Of a stretch of 64,000 nucleotides of DNA, positions 37,228 through 48,207 are shown in pieces. The position numbers and the translations under genes were made by a program. Below the pieces are notes generated by a model. The model was not told the DNA's origin, made no database searches, and was given only the letters and a program-made list of their open reading frames with translations. This DNA comes from Acidobacteriota bacterium (GTDB lineage Bacteria; Acidobacteriota; UBA890; WLXD01): NCBI GenBank assembly GCA_965248695.1, contig CBDFKD010000002.1, forward strand, positions 4,096,001 to 4,160,000, written 5' to 3'. Position 1 is the first letter of the stretch. Every line of letters begins with the position of its first letter.

Positions 37228-39464
37228 GCATGAGCAGGCGCGATTTGCAGGCCGAGATCCGCGCTGCGTTGCTGGATTCCTCGTTGCAGAGCGCCGTACC
37301 CAGCGGCACGCGGGCGGCTGCTGCGAGACGGCGCAAGGCGGTCGATGGATTTGCCGCCTACGAGGCCAATCGCGACCGCGCCCGAGCCATCAAGGAGGAC
37401 GCCATCGAGCGTCTTCCGGAGTTGATCGAGACGCTGACCGAGGCGGTCACTGCGGCGGGCGGCTCCGTGCATCGGGCCGAGGACGCCGAGGCTGCCTGCC
37501 GGATTATCGTAGAGATCGCGCGGCTCGAAGGCCTGACGGCTGCGGTGAAGTCGAAATCGATGACCTCTGAGGAGATCCATCTCAACGCCGCGCTGGAGAG
37601 CGCCGGCCTGACGGTGCGCGAAACGGACCTCGGCGAGTACATCGTGCAGCTCGACGATGATCGTCCCTCCCATGCCATCGCTCCGATCATGCACAAGAGT
37701 CTGGAGGACGTCCGCAACGCGTTCCGTCGCGGGCTCGGCCGCGACGACGTTCCGGAGACCGCCGAGGAGCTCACCCAGCTGGCGCGCCAGCAACTACGGC
37801 GCGATTTCCTCGATGCACACCTGGGAATTACGGGCGCCAATTTCCTCATTGCCGAGAGCGGCACGGTGATCATCGTCGAGAACGAGGGCAACGCTCGATT
37901 GAGCACGCAGCTACCGCGAGCTCATATCGCGCTGGCCGGGATCGAGAAGATTCTGCCGACGATGGCGGATCTCGAACCGTTCATCGAGTTGCTCCCACGC
38001 TCCGGGACGGGCCAGCTTCTCACTAGCTACCTGTCCGTGATCACCGGGCCCGGGTGGGGCGCATCACCGCTGGTTCAGGGCCAGCGCAGCTTCCATCTCG
38101 TCCTGCTGGACAACGGGCGTAGTGCGATGCGTGACGACCCGGTGCTGCGCGAGGCGCTGTACTGCGTACGCTGCGGTGCGTGTATGAACGTCTGTGCGCC
38201 GTACCAGGCGGTCGGTGGCCACGTATTCGGTGGGCCCACCTACCAATCCGGCATCGGAGTTGCCTGGGAGGCCGGCGTCAGCGGTCTGCAGACCGCGGCC
38301 GAGTTCAACGAGCTGTGCACCACCTGCTCCCGGTGTCAGGACGTGTGCCCGGTGCGGATCGATATCCCGTGGATGACCTCAGTGGTGCGCGGGCGCGTCC
38401 GCGCGCAGCCCGGCGTCTCGAGCCCCCCGGGATCCGCGTTGCTGCTCGAGCCCCGCCGCCTGTATCGCCTGGCTCGCCGCGCCCGGAGGCTGCACGGGCT
38501 GGCTCAACTGCCGCCCGTGCGCTGGGCGCTGGAGCGGTTCGTGGGCATCGACCGACGACGCCCGCTGCCGCAGATCCCCGAGACGACGCTGGCCGATTGG
38601 TTCCGGCTGCGCGGCGGCAAGGTGGTCGAGGAGGCGGGTGCCGATGCCGACCGTCTCGATGCCGCTGCCGAGACAGGCCTGGTCGTTTTCTGGGCCGATT
38701 GCCACTCCAACTACGGTGATGTCGACGCTGCCCAGGCGGCAATTCGCGTTCTCGAGCGACTCGGCTTCCGCGTGCTGCTGGTGACCGGGCCGTGTTGCGG
38801 TCGGGCAGCGTTGTCACAGGGCGCGCTCGGGGTTGCACGCGAGCAAGCGTTCGAAGTGTCTCGGCTGCTGGTCCCGTTCGCCGACCGGCAGATTCCGATC
38901 GTCGGTCTCGAACCCTCGTGCCTGACATGCCTGACCGACGACCACTCCAAGCTCTCGCCCTCGAACAACGACGCGTTCCTGGTCGGTCTGAGCGTGCGGG
39001 AGATCATGGTCTTCCTCGAAGAGCACTCGAAGCTGCTCGGCAGCGCCCTGGCGCAGCAGGTTCCTGGGGACCACCATGTGGTCGTCCTCCACGGGCATTG
39101 CCAGCAAAAGTCGGCTGGATGGTACGACTCCAGCATCGGTGTACTGGCGCGACTGCCGGGTATCGAGGTCGCGTGCACGACCGCGGAGTGTTGTGGCATG
39201 GCGGGATCGTTCGGCTACAAACCGGAGGGCTACGCCGTCAGTCGTGAGCTCGGTACCCGACTTGTTGCCGAGATCGCGGAGCTGGAGGTCGCTGGCGGGG
39301 CCCGGGTTGACGAGGTACTGGCCAGCGGCACCTCCTGTCGCGCCCAATTGACCGACTTCGACGGTCGACGACCGCGCCACCCGATCGAGCTCGTTGCCGA
39401 CCGCATGGGCGCCACCCCGGGTCGGTCAGACACGGATCGCGTCAGCGGCGGAGCACGCCCTTGA
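37224..39464 (+). CDS. lutB: LutB-like LUD/4Fe-4S protein fused to CCG domains
   Basis: KSKSMTSEEI, ETDLGEYIVQ, ENEGNARL, CVRCGACMNVC, CTTCSRCQDVCP, CCGR, HGHCQQ, CCGMAGSFG. Confidence 0.88.
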   Translation: MSMSRRDLQAEIRAALLDSSLQSAVPSGTRAAAARRRKAVDGFAAYEANRDRARAIKEDAIERLPELIETLTEAVTAAGGSVHRAEDAEAACRIIVEIARLEGLTAAVKSKSMTSEEIHLNAALESAGLTVRETDLGEYIVQLDDDRPSHAIAPIMHKSLEDVRNAFRRGLGRDDVPETAEELTQLARQQLRRDFLDAHLGITGANFLIAESGTVIIVENEGNARLSTQLPRAHIALAGIEKILPTMADLEPFIELLPRSGTGQLLTSYLSVITGPGWGASPLVQGQRSFHLVLLDNGRSAMRDDPVLREALYCVRCGACMNVCAPYQAVGGHVFGGPTYQSGIGVAWEAGVSGLQTAAEFNELCTTCSRCQDVCPVRIDIPWMTSVVRGRVRAQPGVSSPPGSALLLEPRRLYRLARRARRLHGLAQLPPVRWALERFVGIDRRRPLPQIPETTLADWFRLRGGKVVEEAGADADRLDAAAETGLVVFWADCHSNYGDVDAAQAAIRVLERLGFRVLLVTGPCCGRAALSQGALGVAREQAFEVSRLLVPFADRQIPIVGLEPSCLTCLTDDHSKLSPSNNDAFLVGLSVREIMVFLEEHSKLLGSALAQQVPGDHHVVVLHGHCQQKSAGWYDSSIGVLARLPGIEVACTTAECCGMAGSFGYKPEGYAVSRELGTRLVAEIAELEVAGGARVDEVLASGTSCRAQLTDFDGRRPRHPIELVADRMGATPGRSDTDRVSGGARP

Positions 39465-42400
39465 GCGACGTCGGTGGCCGGCTGCGCGGGCTCCTGGTTT
39501 CTCAGTTCTTCGGTGCGTTCAACGACAACGCATGGCGCGTGATCGTCACCTTGCTGGCGATCGACGCGGTCCAAGCCGGTGGTGGCGCGGAGGCGGCCGC
39601 ACAGGCCCGAACGACGCTGGCAACTGTTGTCCTCACGGTTCCGCTGATCGTCTTCTCGCTCCCGGCAGGTCTGATCTCGGACCGATTCAGCAAGCGCACG
39701 GTGATCGTCGCCATGAAGGCGGTGGAGATCGTCCTCATGGCCACGGCCGCCTGGGTCCTGTACATAGAGCCGCAGGGCGGCGTGCTGGCGCTGGTTGTTC
39801 TCGGTTGCATGGGCGCACAAAGTGCGATCTTCAGCCCGTCCAAGTACGGCATCCTGCCCGAGTTGCTGCCGCACTCGCGACTGTCGCTAGGCAACGGCGT
39901 GCTCGAGATGTGGTCCACGCTGGCGATCATTGCCGGCACCGCGAGCGCCGGAGTGCTGCTCGGGATCGCAGGCACCCCGTGGGTCGCCGGCGCCGTGCTT
40001 TGCCTGCTCTCGCTGGCCGGGTTTGCGGCCGCTCTCACGGTTCCTGCGGTGCCCAAGGCGCGCACGTCCGGGGGTCTCGTGGCCAGCCTGCGAGACGGTT
40101 GGGGAGCAATCCGTGCGGATCGCGTGCTCGGTCTCGCGGTGGTGGGATCGATCTTCTTCTGGCTGGTGGCGAGCGTCTTCTTCCAGGTCAGCGTGGTGTA
40201 CGTGAAGACCCATCTCGGCCTGGCGAACACACCGGCGAGCCTGGCGCTCGGTGTTCTGATGGCCGGCATCGCTGCCGGCAGCATCCTCGCCGGCCGGCTG
40301 TCGCGCCGTCGAGTCGAGTACGGACTGCTGCCCCTCGGAGCCATGGGTCTGGCGGTGTTCACGCTGCTGTTCGGGCTGCTGGTACCGGGCTTCACGGGTA
40401 CGCTGGTTCTGCTGCTGATGATGGGCATCTCCGGCGGACTCATCAACGTCCCGCTCAATGCACTCAAACAGTGGCGGTCCCCGGCCGACATGCGCGGGTC
40501 GGTGCTGGCGCTGGCGAATCTGTTCGTCTACGTAGGCATTCTCGCCGGCTCTGTAGGCACCGGCCTGCTCGCGTCTGCCGGGTTCTCGAGCCAGTACATC
40601 CTGCTGATCACCGCCGCCGGCGTGATCGCAGCGACCGTATGGGCGCTGTGGCTGTTGCCGGATGCCCTTGTACGCCTGCTGTTGGTGCTCAGCACCAACA
40701 CGTTCTACCGGCTCGAGGTGATCGGAGCCGATCGCATTCCTTCCAAGGGCGGAGCCCTCCTGATCCCGAACCACGTCTCGTTCATCGATGCGTTCCTGTT
40801 GCTCGCCAGCACCGACCGGCCGATCCGTTTCCTCGCCGATGTCACGTACTACGACCACCCGCTGCTGCATCCGTTCATGAAGTCGCTCGGCGCCATCCCG
40901 ATTGCCGCATCGGGAGGCCCCAAGCTGATCCTGCGGGCGATGCGCGCGGCGGGCAAGGCGATCGAACGTGGCGAGATCGTGTGTATCTTTCCGGAGGGCC
41001 AGATCACGCGCATCGGCATGATGCTGCCCTTCCGTCGTGGCTTCGAGCGCATCGTCAAGGGGCGCGACGTACCGATCATTCCGCTGTTCCTGGACCGTGT
41101 GTGGGGCAGCATCTTCAGCCGCTCAGGTGGTCGGTTCTTCACCAAGGTACCGGCGCGGATTCCCTATCCGGTGACCATCAGCGTCGGCTCGCCGCTAGCC
41201 TCAAATACTCCCATCCACGAGGTGCGCCGCGCGGTGCGCGAGCTCGGCACCGAGGCCTGGATGGCGCGCATCCGGGATAGCGTGCCGTTGCACCATAGCT
41301 TCGTCCGTTGCTTCCGCTCGCGGCCGTGGAAGCTCGCGTTCGCTGACGTGACGCGACCGCACATCAGTCGATTCAAGGCCCTCGTCGGGGCCATCGCCCT
41401 GTCGCGCGCGCTGCGCAAGCACTGGGATGGGCAGGAGACGGTCGGCATCCTGCTGCCCTCGTCGGGGTCGGCGGGGCCCTGGTCAACATCGCGTCGGCGC
41501 TGGCGGGCAAGGTGTCGGTGAACCTGAATTTCACCGCCGGCAAGCGAGGCATGGAGTCTGCCGCTAGTCAGGCGGGGCTCAGAACAGTGGTCACCAACGG
41601 GCTCTTCCTCGCCAAGGCGGAGCTAACGCTTCCCGATGGCGTCAAGCCGATTTGGATCGAGGAAGTCTCGAAGGAGATCGGGGCCGCAGATCGGATTGTC
41701 GCCATGTTGCTGGCTTTGCTGGCCCCCGTCCGCCGGCTGGAGCGAGCCTGTGGGGCGGTCCGCCCGGTGCGGGCCGAGGATCTCGTGACGATCATCTTCA
41801 GCAGCGGCAGCACCGGGGAGCCCAAGGGCGTGCCGCTGAGTCACTTCAACGTCGACTCGAACCTGCGCGGCTGCTTGCAGATCGTCCCGATCTCTTCGCG
41901 CGACCGGCTGCTCGGTATGCTGCCGTTCTTCCATTCGTTCGGCTTCATGGCGACGCTCTGGATGGTCGCCAATATCGGCGTGCCGGTCATCTATCATCCC
42001 AGCCCGCTCGATGCGACGGCGATCGGTGACCTGGTACGGCGGTACCGGGCGACGATCATGTTCGCTACGCCGACCTTCATCCAGCTCTACACGCGCCGCC
42101 TCACGCCGGGCCAGTTCGGGTCGTTGCGGTTGGTGGTTGTTGGCGCCGAGAAGCTGCAGACGGCGATTGCTGACGCTTTCCGGGACCACTTCGGGTTCGA
42201 CCCTCTCGAGGGATACGGGATTACCGAAACGGCGCCGGTGATTGCGGTGAACGTCCCGGATTTCCGCGCCGCCGGTCTCTACCAACCCGGATGGCGGCGG
42301 GGCACCGTCGGTCAGACGGTTCCCGGCGTGTCGGTACGAGTCGTCGACCCGGAGACCGACGAGATTCTGCCCCCTGACGAGGAAGGGATGCTGCTGGTGC

Positions 42401-42867
42401 GGGGCCCGAACGTGATGGGTGGCTATCTGGGTCGTCCCGACCTCAGCGCCGAGGTGCTCCGCGATGGCTGGTACGTCACTGGCGACATCGGCAAGCTCGA
42501 CGAGGATGGCTTCCTGACGATCACCGATCGCTACTCACGCTTCTCCAAGATCGGTGGCGAGATGGTGCCGCACGGCGTCGTCGAAGAAGCTCTCGAACGC
42601 TGCTCGGGCGTCGAGGACCGTAGCTTCGCCGTGACTGCTGTTGCGGATGTTCGTAAGGGTGAGCGCCTCGCCGTGGTGCATACGCTCAACGACGAGGACG
42701 TCCCCGGTGTCCTGGATCGTCTGCGGACATCGGATCTTCCCAACCTGTTCCGACCGCGCAAGGACGATTTCATTCGCGTCGACGATATCCCGTTGCTCGG
42801 TTCCGGCAAGACCGATCTCAAGGCGGTCAAGGAGATCGCGCGCGAGCGCCTGTCGACCGACACCTGA
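39461..42867 (+). CDS. aas: MFS-PlsC-AMP-binding acyl-[ACP]-phospholipid acyltransferase/acyl-ACP synthetase (frameshift near 41465)
   Basis: SQFFGAFNDN and FSPSKYGILPE (LplT-like MFS), PNHVSFID and FPEG (PlsC), IIFSSGSTGEPKG and EGYGITE (AMP-binding); extra GG in TCGGGGTC. Confidence 0.88.
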
Positions 42868-43070
42868 CGCGCGGACGCCCCGGAGAATCCCACGGTTCCG
42901 GCCTCGAGCTTCCGGTGCGACGCGATTTCTCGAGGCTGAGGGCCCGCGGGATCCTCTGGGGCGTCCGGCTTCTACTTGTCGGGTGAGTGAGTGGTGGCGC
43001 TCGCCGCCCGGCTCGTTCACCCCGTTTGACGCTGGGCGGTCGAGCGCCGTCCCCCACTCGCCAGATCTGG

Positions 43071-43853
43071 CTACGTCTCCATTGCTGGCAGCTCGATGTC
43101 GGGGATTGCGGCGTCGGGGATCTCGGCAGCGGGTACATCGGCGGGCGTCGCAACGTCCCACTCGCTTCCGGTGGTCTCGACGACCAACGTGACGCGTCGG
43201 TTCGTCATGCCGCTCTCGCCCGGGCCCGAGGCGCCCGGACTGACCTGCCGCGCTTCGGCCTCGCCGTAGCTGACCGTGCGGATCCGGTCGGAGCTCAAGC
43301 TCCCGTGGTCGACGAGGAACGTGCGCACCGCGTCGGCGCGCGCCTTGCCGAGTACCAGGTTGTAGGCCACCGGTCCGGCCGAGTCGGTGAACCCCTCGAC
43401 GGTGATCAGGCTGTCCGTGTAGTGCTCGATCATCACGGCGGCGAATCGCTCCAGCACCGGCAGATCGTCGTCGCGAAGCTCGGCGGAGTCGTATTCGAAG
43501 TGCACCGGAACGTTGAACGCCAGGGCGTTCTCGATGCGTTCCACAGAGGCGCTGAAAGCTACTGCCAGCGCACGCAGGTCAGACTCGAGCTGCGTCGTGC
43601 GAGCGCTGTTCTCGGCCGCGCGGCGATCGACGTCGCTGATACGGCCGTCCATGCGGCGCACGTCGCCATCCAATCCGTCGATGCGACTGCCTAGAGTCGC
43701 ATCGCCGTTGACAGACTCGGCGCGCAGGCCTTGCTCCAGGCGCGCCATCTCCGTCTGGAACTCCTGACGCTTGACATGCGCACAGGCCGTCGACGCCAGC
43801 AGCGTGACGACCGCGAGGGCGGCGAGGCCCGTTCGCGTGGTTCGGAACGTCAT
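43071..43853 (-). CDS. OmpA-family lipoprotein with coiled coil
   Basis: Lipobox STAC, VHFEYDS, VEGFTD..YNLVLGKARA, SYGE, NRRV. Confidence 0.9.
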   Translation of the reverse strand: MTFRTTRTGLAALAVVTLLASTACAHVKRQEFQTEMARLEQGLRAESVNGDATLGSRIDGLDGDVRRMDGRISDVDRRAAENSARTTQLESDLRALAVAFSASVERIENALAFNVPVHFEYDSAELRDDDLPVLERFAAVMIEHYTDSLITVEGFTDSAGPVAYNLVLGKARADAVRTFLVDHGSLSSDRIRTVSYGEAEARQVSPGASGPGESGMTNRRVTLVVETTGSEWDVATPADVPAAEIPDAAIPDIELPAMET

Positions 43854-43965
43854 GGCGATACTCCTTGAATTGGACGGTCGGAGCTTTCAGGGACCCGTGT
43901 GACGGCCGGTCGCCCCGGCCGTGTGCCTGCAAGACGCAACGTCAACTGGCACTGCCCCTGTGTAA

Positions 43966-43981
43966 AGCAAGGCCCGTGCCA
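43966..43981 (-). promoter_or_regulatory. Sigma54 (-24/-12) promoter of the OmpA gene
   Basis: Minus strand TGGCACGGGCCTTGCT matches the TGGCACG-N4-TTGCW consensus. Confidence 0.85.
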
Positions 43982-44106
43982 CGCACGCTGGCTGCCCGCC
44001 CGCCGGCCGCCAGGCGGCGAATCGGCCTTCCACGACAGGTCCTGCCGCCGATGCGTTGTCGTCACTGTTGTCCCGCGGTCGGGTCGACGGAGAGGAGACA
44101 AGGCAT

Positions 44107-44137
44107 GATTTACAGTCGGCCCATGTAAGATTTACAG
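44107..44137. promoter_or_regulatory. Putative enhancer (UAS) for the sigma54 activator
   Basis: Palindrome TGTAA-GAT-TTACA (44124..44136); GATTTACAG repeated 22 bp apart. Confidence 0.5.
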
Positions 44138-44223
44138 ACACGTGAGAACGCCGGTGGATGTGCGATGGGCGGCGCCGGCGCCCACGGCGTGCGCCGGCCG
44201 GCCGCGTCGGACGCCCTGGCACC

Positions 44224-45585
44224 ATGGGAGTCGGGTTGCCCACTGCACTGGTAGTAGAAGACGACGCGGATTCTCGCGACATCCTCGTGGAGTTGGTGCG
44301 CCGTGAAGGGTTTCGGGTCGAGGGCGCAGGCACCCTCGCGGCGGCCCGCCTGGCCATCGAGCGTGAGCCCGCCGATTTGCTGTTGCTCGACATGCGGTTG
44401 CCGGACGGCAACGGCAGCGACCTGCTGTCGGGCGACGAAGAGGTAGCCGGTGACGTCATCGTGGTGACCGGACACGCCTCGGCGGAGTCCGCTCTGGCGG
44501 CGCTGCATTCGGGGGCGGTGGACTACGTGGTGAAGCCGATCGATGTGCAGCGCCTGCGCACAGTGCTGCGCCACGTCCGGCGGCAGATCGAGCTGCGCCG
44601 CGAGGTCGGCGCCCTTCGCGGCACGCTACGCTCGCTCGGCCACTTCGGCGAGATGGTCGGAGTCTCCTCGTCCATGCAGCGCGTATACAGCCTCATCGGT
44701 CGGATCGCCGCGACCGACGCCAGCGTCTTGATCACCGGACAGACCGGAACCGGCAAGGAGCTTGCGGCGCGGACAATCCACAAGTTCAGTCGTCGACGGG
44801 GCGGACCCTTCCTGGCGCTGAACTGCGGCGCGGTGCCGGCGAACCTGATCGAGAGTGAGCTGTTCGGACACGAGCGCGGCGCGTTCAGCGGTGCTACGCG
44901 TCGCCACAGCGGCTACTTCGAGCGGGCTCAAGGCGGCACCCTGTTGCTCGACGAGATCACCGAGACTCCTCCGGAGCTGCAGGTGAAGCTCCTGCGCGCG
45001 CTCGAGACCGGCACGATCACGCGCGTGGGCGGTGAGCGCGAGGTGCCGCTCGATGTACGCACCCTGTCGGCCACCAATCGCACGCCATCGAGTGCCGTGC
45101 GCGATGGCAGATTGCGCGAAGACTTGCTGTACCGTCTCAGGGTGTTCCAGGTCGACATGCCGCCGCTGAGCGACCGCGAAGGGGACATCGATCTACTGTC
45201 ACGCCACTTCCTCGCCGAGCTTGCCGTTAGCGAAGGAGCTCAGAAACAGCTCGCTGCCGAAGCCGCACAACGGCTCGCCGTGTATCAGTGGCCGGGCAAT
45301 GTGCGCGAGCTCAAGAACGTGCTCTACAGCGCTTTCGTGCTGGCGGGAGATGTCATCGAGGTCGACTGCCTTCCGGTCGAGTTGCGTGAATATTCGGCTG
45401 CACCGTTAGCTTCCGGGCCGCTCGGCATTCACGTGGGGATGTCGGTCGCGGCGGCCGAGAAACGACTGATTCAAGCGACGCTTGACGCCGTCGAGGGCAA
45501 CCGTGAGGAGGCGGCGTCAATGTTGGGAGTAAGCGTCAAGACGCTGTACAACCGGCTACGCGACTATCGCTCCGAAGACAGCTGA
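44224..45585 (+). CDS. Sigma54-dependent response regulator (NtrC family)
   Basis: REC (VVEDD, LLDMRLPD, KP), GQTGTGKE, ESELFGHERGAFSGA, WPGNVREL, Fis-type HTH. Confidence 0.93.
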   Translation: MGVGLPTALVVEDDADSRDILVELVRREGFRVEGAGTLAAARLAIEREPADLLLLDMRLPDGNGSDLLSGDEEVAGDVIVVTGHASAESALAALHSGAVDYVVKPIDVQRLRTVLRHVRRQIELRREVGALRGTLRSLGHFGEMVGVSSSMQRVYSLIGRIAATDASVLITGQTGTGKELAARTIHKFSRRRGGPFLALNCGAVPANLIESELFGHERGAFSGATRRHSGYFERAQGGTLLLDEITETPPELQVKLLRALETGTITRVGGEREVPLDVRTLSATNRTPSSAVRDGRLREDLLYRLRVFQVDMPPLSDREGDIDLLSRHFLAELAVSEGAQKQLAAEAAQRLAVYQWPGNVRELKNVLYSAFVLAGDVIEVDCLPVELREYSAAPLASGPLGIHVGMSVAAAEKRLIQATLDAVEGNREEAASMLGVSVKTLYNRLRDYRSEDS

Positions 45586-45655
45586 ACCGGATACCCGTGC
45601 CCCCTGGCGCAGGCGCGCATCCGATCTGCGATACGCAACGATTATCTGCTAGCCG

Positions 45656-47263
45656 TTACGCACCGCTGGTCGGGGGATTCAGCGGCCAGGTAAACACGAA
45701 GGTCGCTCCGGGCCCGGGCGGGGATTGCACCCAGATACGCCCGCCGTGGCTCTCGACCACGCGCCGGCAGATCGCCAGACCGATACCGCTACCGGCGCTG
45801 CCACCGGCGCTCGTGAACAGCCCGAAGATGTGCCCGGCCTGCTCGGCGGTGACGCCGGGCCCGTTGTCGCGCACGCGGAACAGCCAGTGCGACGATTGTC
45901 GCTCGCCGGCCACGGTGATGCGTGGCGCTGCTTCACCGCGATGTCGGATCGCGTTGCCGATGAGGTTCTGAAACAGCAGCGTCAGATGATCTCGGTTGCC
46001 GCGTATGTGCGGCATGTCGCCGACCTCGATCTTGGCTCCGCTGTTGTGGATGGTGGCTTCGAGGTTGGCCAGCGCTGCCCCGACGACCTCGTTCGTGTCG
46101 ACTACTTCCACCGTCTCGGACCCACCTACCTTGGCGTACCGCAACAACCCCTCGAGCATGGATGCCATGCGTGCCGAGGCGCGTCGGGCCGGCTTGAGAT
46201 GGCGCTCGCCGGCACCCTCGAAGTCTTGCTCGAGAAGGAGTTGCAGATGCATGTCGACAACGCTGAGTGGCTCGCGCAGATCGTGGGAGATCACGTGCGC
46301 GAAACGCACCAGGTCGGCGTTGGACCGCTCGAGAGCGCGTGCCCGGTGCTCGAGCTGTTCCTCAGCGGCAAGCCGCGCGTCAGACTCGCGTTCGACCTCC
46401 GCCATCATCTCCGCCTGCTTGGTGCGGAGCCCTTCGGCCTGCCCGAGGCGCACGGCGCCCCCGAGGAGCACTGCGAAGGCCAGCCCGCCGATCAGTACGG
46501 TACTCGGCAACGCCGAACGTAGGCTGGCGAGAGTCGGTGGCGTGGGCCAGATCTCGACCGTCAGCTGGACTCCCTGGAACTCGACATCGCGCCGGCGCAC
46601 CCAATCCGCCATGGTTCCGTTCGGATCGCCGTCGCGAACGAAGAAACGGTCGCCGCTGCTCCCTATCGCCAGGGCGTAGTCGTTGCCGAGCCCGGTGGTG
46701 GTCGCCTGGGCCAGCGCCTCGGCATCGTAGATACAGATCATCACTCCCGCCGCCCCGGTATCGAGGATCACCGGTACCCGGACCGGTACTACCGGCTCGC
46801 TTTGCGGCCCGTCGATGACAGCCAGCAGGCGCACCGACGAAAGCCCTCCTCCGGGGCGCCAGGAAGACGCGTGTCTGAACACCCAGGCATCGACGGCCGG
46901 CGTGCTCTCGGCCCCCGCGGTACCTATTGACCACAACAATTCGGCCTCGCGCGATAGCCACAGGACGCGTTCGACGGCAGGCGTTCGTAGCAGGACCGCG
47001 CTCTCTACCTGGGCCATCGTCTCGCTCAGGCGCGTCAGCCCGATCCAGCGCACGGTCGTCCGATCTAGCCCGTCGCGGGTTTCCTCGAGCCGGATGCGGA
47101 CGTGCGCCGCCACGCTGTCGGCTTCGGCGTCGATGAGCCTGACGATGCGCGTGCGCTCGCGATTCAGGGCCGACTGCCAGGCCAACACGGCGAGCACCGC
47201 GACGACCCCGACCACCAGGATTGGTAGCCACGGCCAGCGTTGCGTCGGGGCGGGTGTTGCCAT
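45656..47263 (-). CDS. Sensor histidine kinase
   Basis: Two TMs, ISHDLREPL, QNLIGNAI, VRDNGPG, GSGIGLAI. Confidence 0.92.
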   Translation of the reverse strand: MATPAPTQRWPWLPILVVGVVAVLAVLAWQSALNRERTRIVRLIDAEADSVAAHVRIRLEETRDGLDRTTVRWIGLTRLSETMAQVESAVLLRTPAVERVLWLSREAELLWSIGTAGAESTPAVDAWVFRHASSWRPGGGLSSVRLLAVIDGPQSEPVVPVRVPVILDTGAAGVMICIYDAEALAQATTTGLGNDYALAIGSSGDRFFVRDGDPNGTMADWVRRRDVEFQGVQLTVEIWPTPPTLASLRSALPSTVLIGGLAFAVLLGGAVRLGQAEGLRTKQAEMMAEVERESDARLAAEEQLEHRARALERSNADLVRFAHVISHDLREPLSVVDMHLQLLLEQDFEGAGERHLKPARRASARMASMLEGLLRYAKVGGSETVEVVDTNEVVGAALANLEATIHNSGAKIEVGDMPHIRGNRDHLTLLFQNLIGNAIRHRGEAAPRITVAGERQSSHWLFRVRDNGPGVTAEQAGHIFGLFTSAGGSAGSGIGLAICRRVVESHGGRIWVQSPPGPGATFVFTWPLNPPTSGA

Positions 47264-47272
47264 GTCGCTACC

Positions 47273-48088
47273 TCAGTGCCCGCGGCGCATCATCGCCGCG
47301 CGGATCGCCCATCCGGCAAGCACCCACCCACCGAGCATGGCCCAAGCGTAGCGATGCGCGTAACTGAGCGTGGGGAAGTGGTTGCTCAGCATGATCAGCA
47401 ATACCGGTAGGACGATGAACGTGTTGTGCCTTGAGCGCTGCTTGGCGCCGAAGCCCAGCGCGGGATCGAGCTGTGTCCCACTGGCGACCGCCGCCACCAT
47501 GCGACGCTGTGGCGGCAGAATCCGCATCCAGACGTTGGCGGTCATCACACCACCTAGCATCGCGCCGACGTGAAACCAGGCGGCGCGGGCGCTCAGCAAC
47601 TGCATCAGCGACCACGTCAGCGCCATCAGCAGCAGCAGTGAGATGGTGGCCGCGATCGGCTCCCGGCGCCCCAGTGGCGAGCTCCAGAGAACGTCGTAGA
47701 CAAACCAGCCGGCGACCAGGGCGCCGAGGCTCAGAACCACGGCCGTGATCGTTCCAGTGCTCGACCCGGAGGGCAGCAGCAACCCGCCGAAGGTGTACAT
47801 CAGCAGCAGCAAGGCGAGTCCGCTGATCCAGGTGAGCGCCGACTCCCAGCGTGTCCAATGCAGGGGATCAGGGAGGCGCTGGGGTCGCACGATCTTCTCG
47901 ACCCGATAAAATCCGCCGCTATGCACCATCCACACGGGCTCGTCGCCCGCATCGTCGCTGTCGGTGGGGCGGCGGAACTGCGCATCGAGCCAGGTAAACA
48001 GGAATGTCTGGCCGACCCAGAGTACGGCGGTGAGCACGTGCGTCCAGCGCAACACCAGGTTCAACGCCTCGTAGAGGGTTGCGTTCAT
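47273..48088 (-). CDS. puuD: Urate hydroxylase PuuD-like membrane protein (no cytochrome c domain)
   Basis: LRWTHV, WMVHSGGFYRVEK, LHWTRWES, NVWMRILPPQR, QRSRHN, MLSNHFP. Confidence 0.85.
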   Translation of the reverse strand: MNATLYEALNLVLRWTHVLTAVLWVGQTFLFTWLDAQFRRPTDSDDAGDEPVWMVHSGGFYRVEKIVRPQRLPDPLHWTRWESALTWISGLALLLLMYTFGGLLLPSGSSTGTITAVVLSLGALVAGWFVYDVLWSSPLGRREPIAATISLLLLMALTWSLMQLLSARAAWFHVGAMLGGVMTANVWMRILPPQRRMVAAVASGTQLDPALGFGAKQRSRHNTFIVLPVLLIMLSNHFPTLSYAHRYAWAMLGGWVLAGWAIRAAMMRRGH

Positions 48089-48207
48089 GGGTGCTCCTCG
48101 GATCGAAAACGCCAGTCGCCTTCTGACCTTAGCAGTCGCGGTCGTTACGCGGAGGCCGCCGTGCCGTTCGCCGTGGGCGTCGCGATCGCAAGCTCGGGTC
48201 GAACGCG

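Noticed and set aside
41460-41521. Programmed frameshift or natural split in the aas-like gene
   Set aside because: No slippery heptamer; removing two G's from a G run restores LLPSSVGGALVN, consistent with an error or simple mutation
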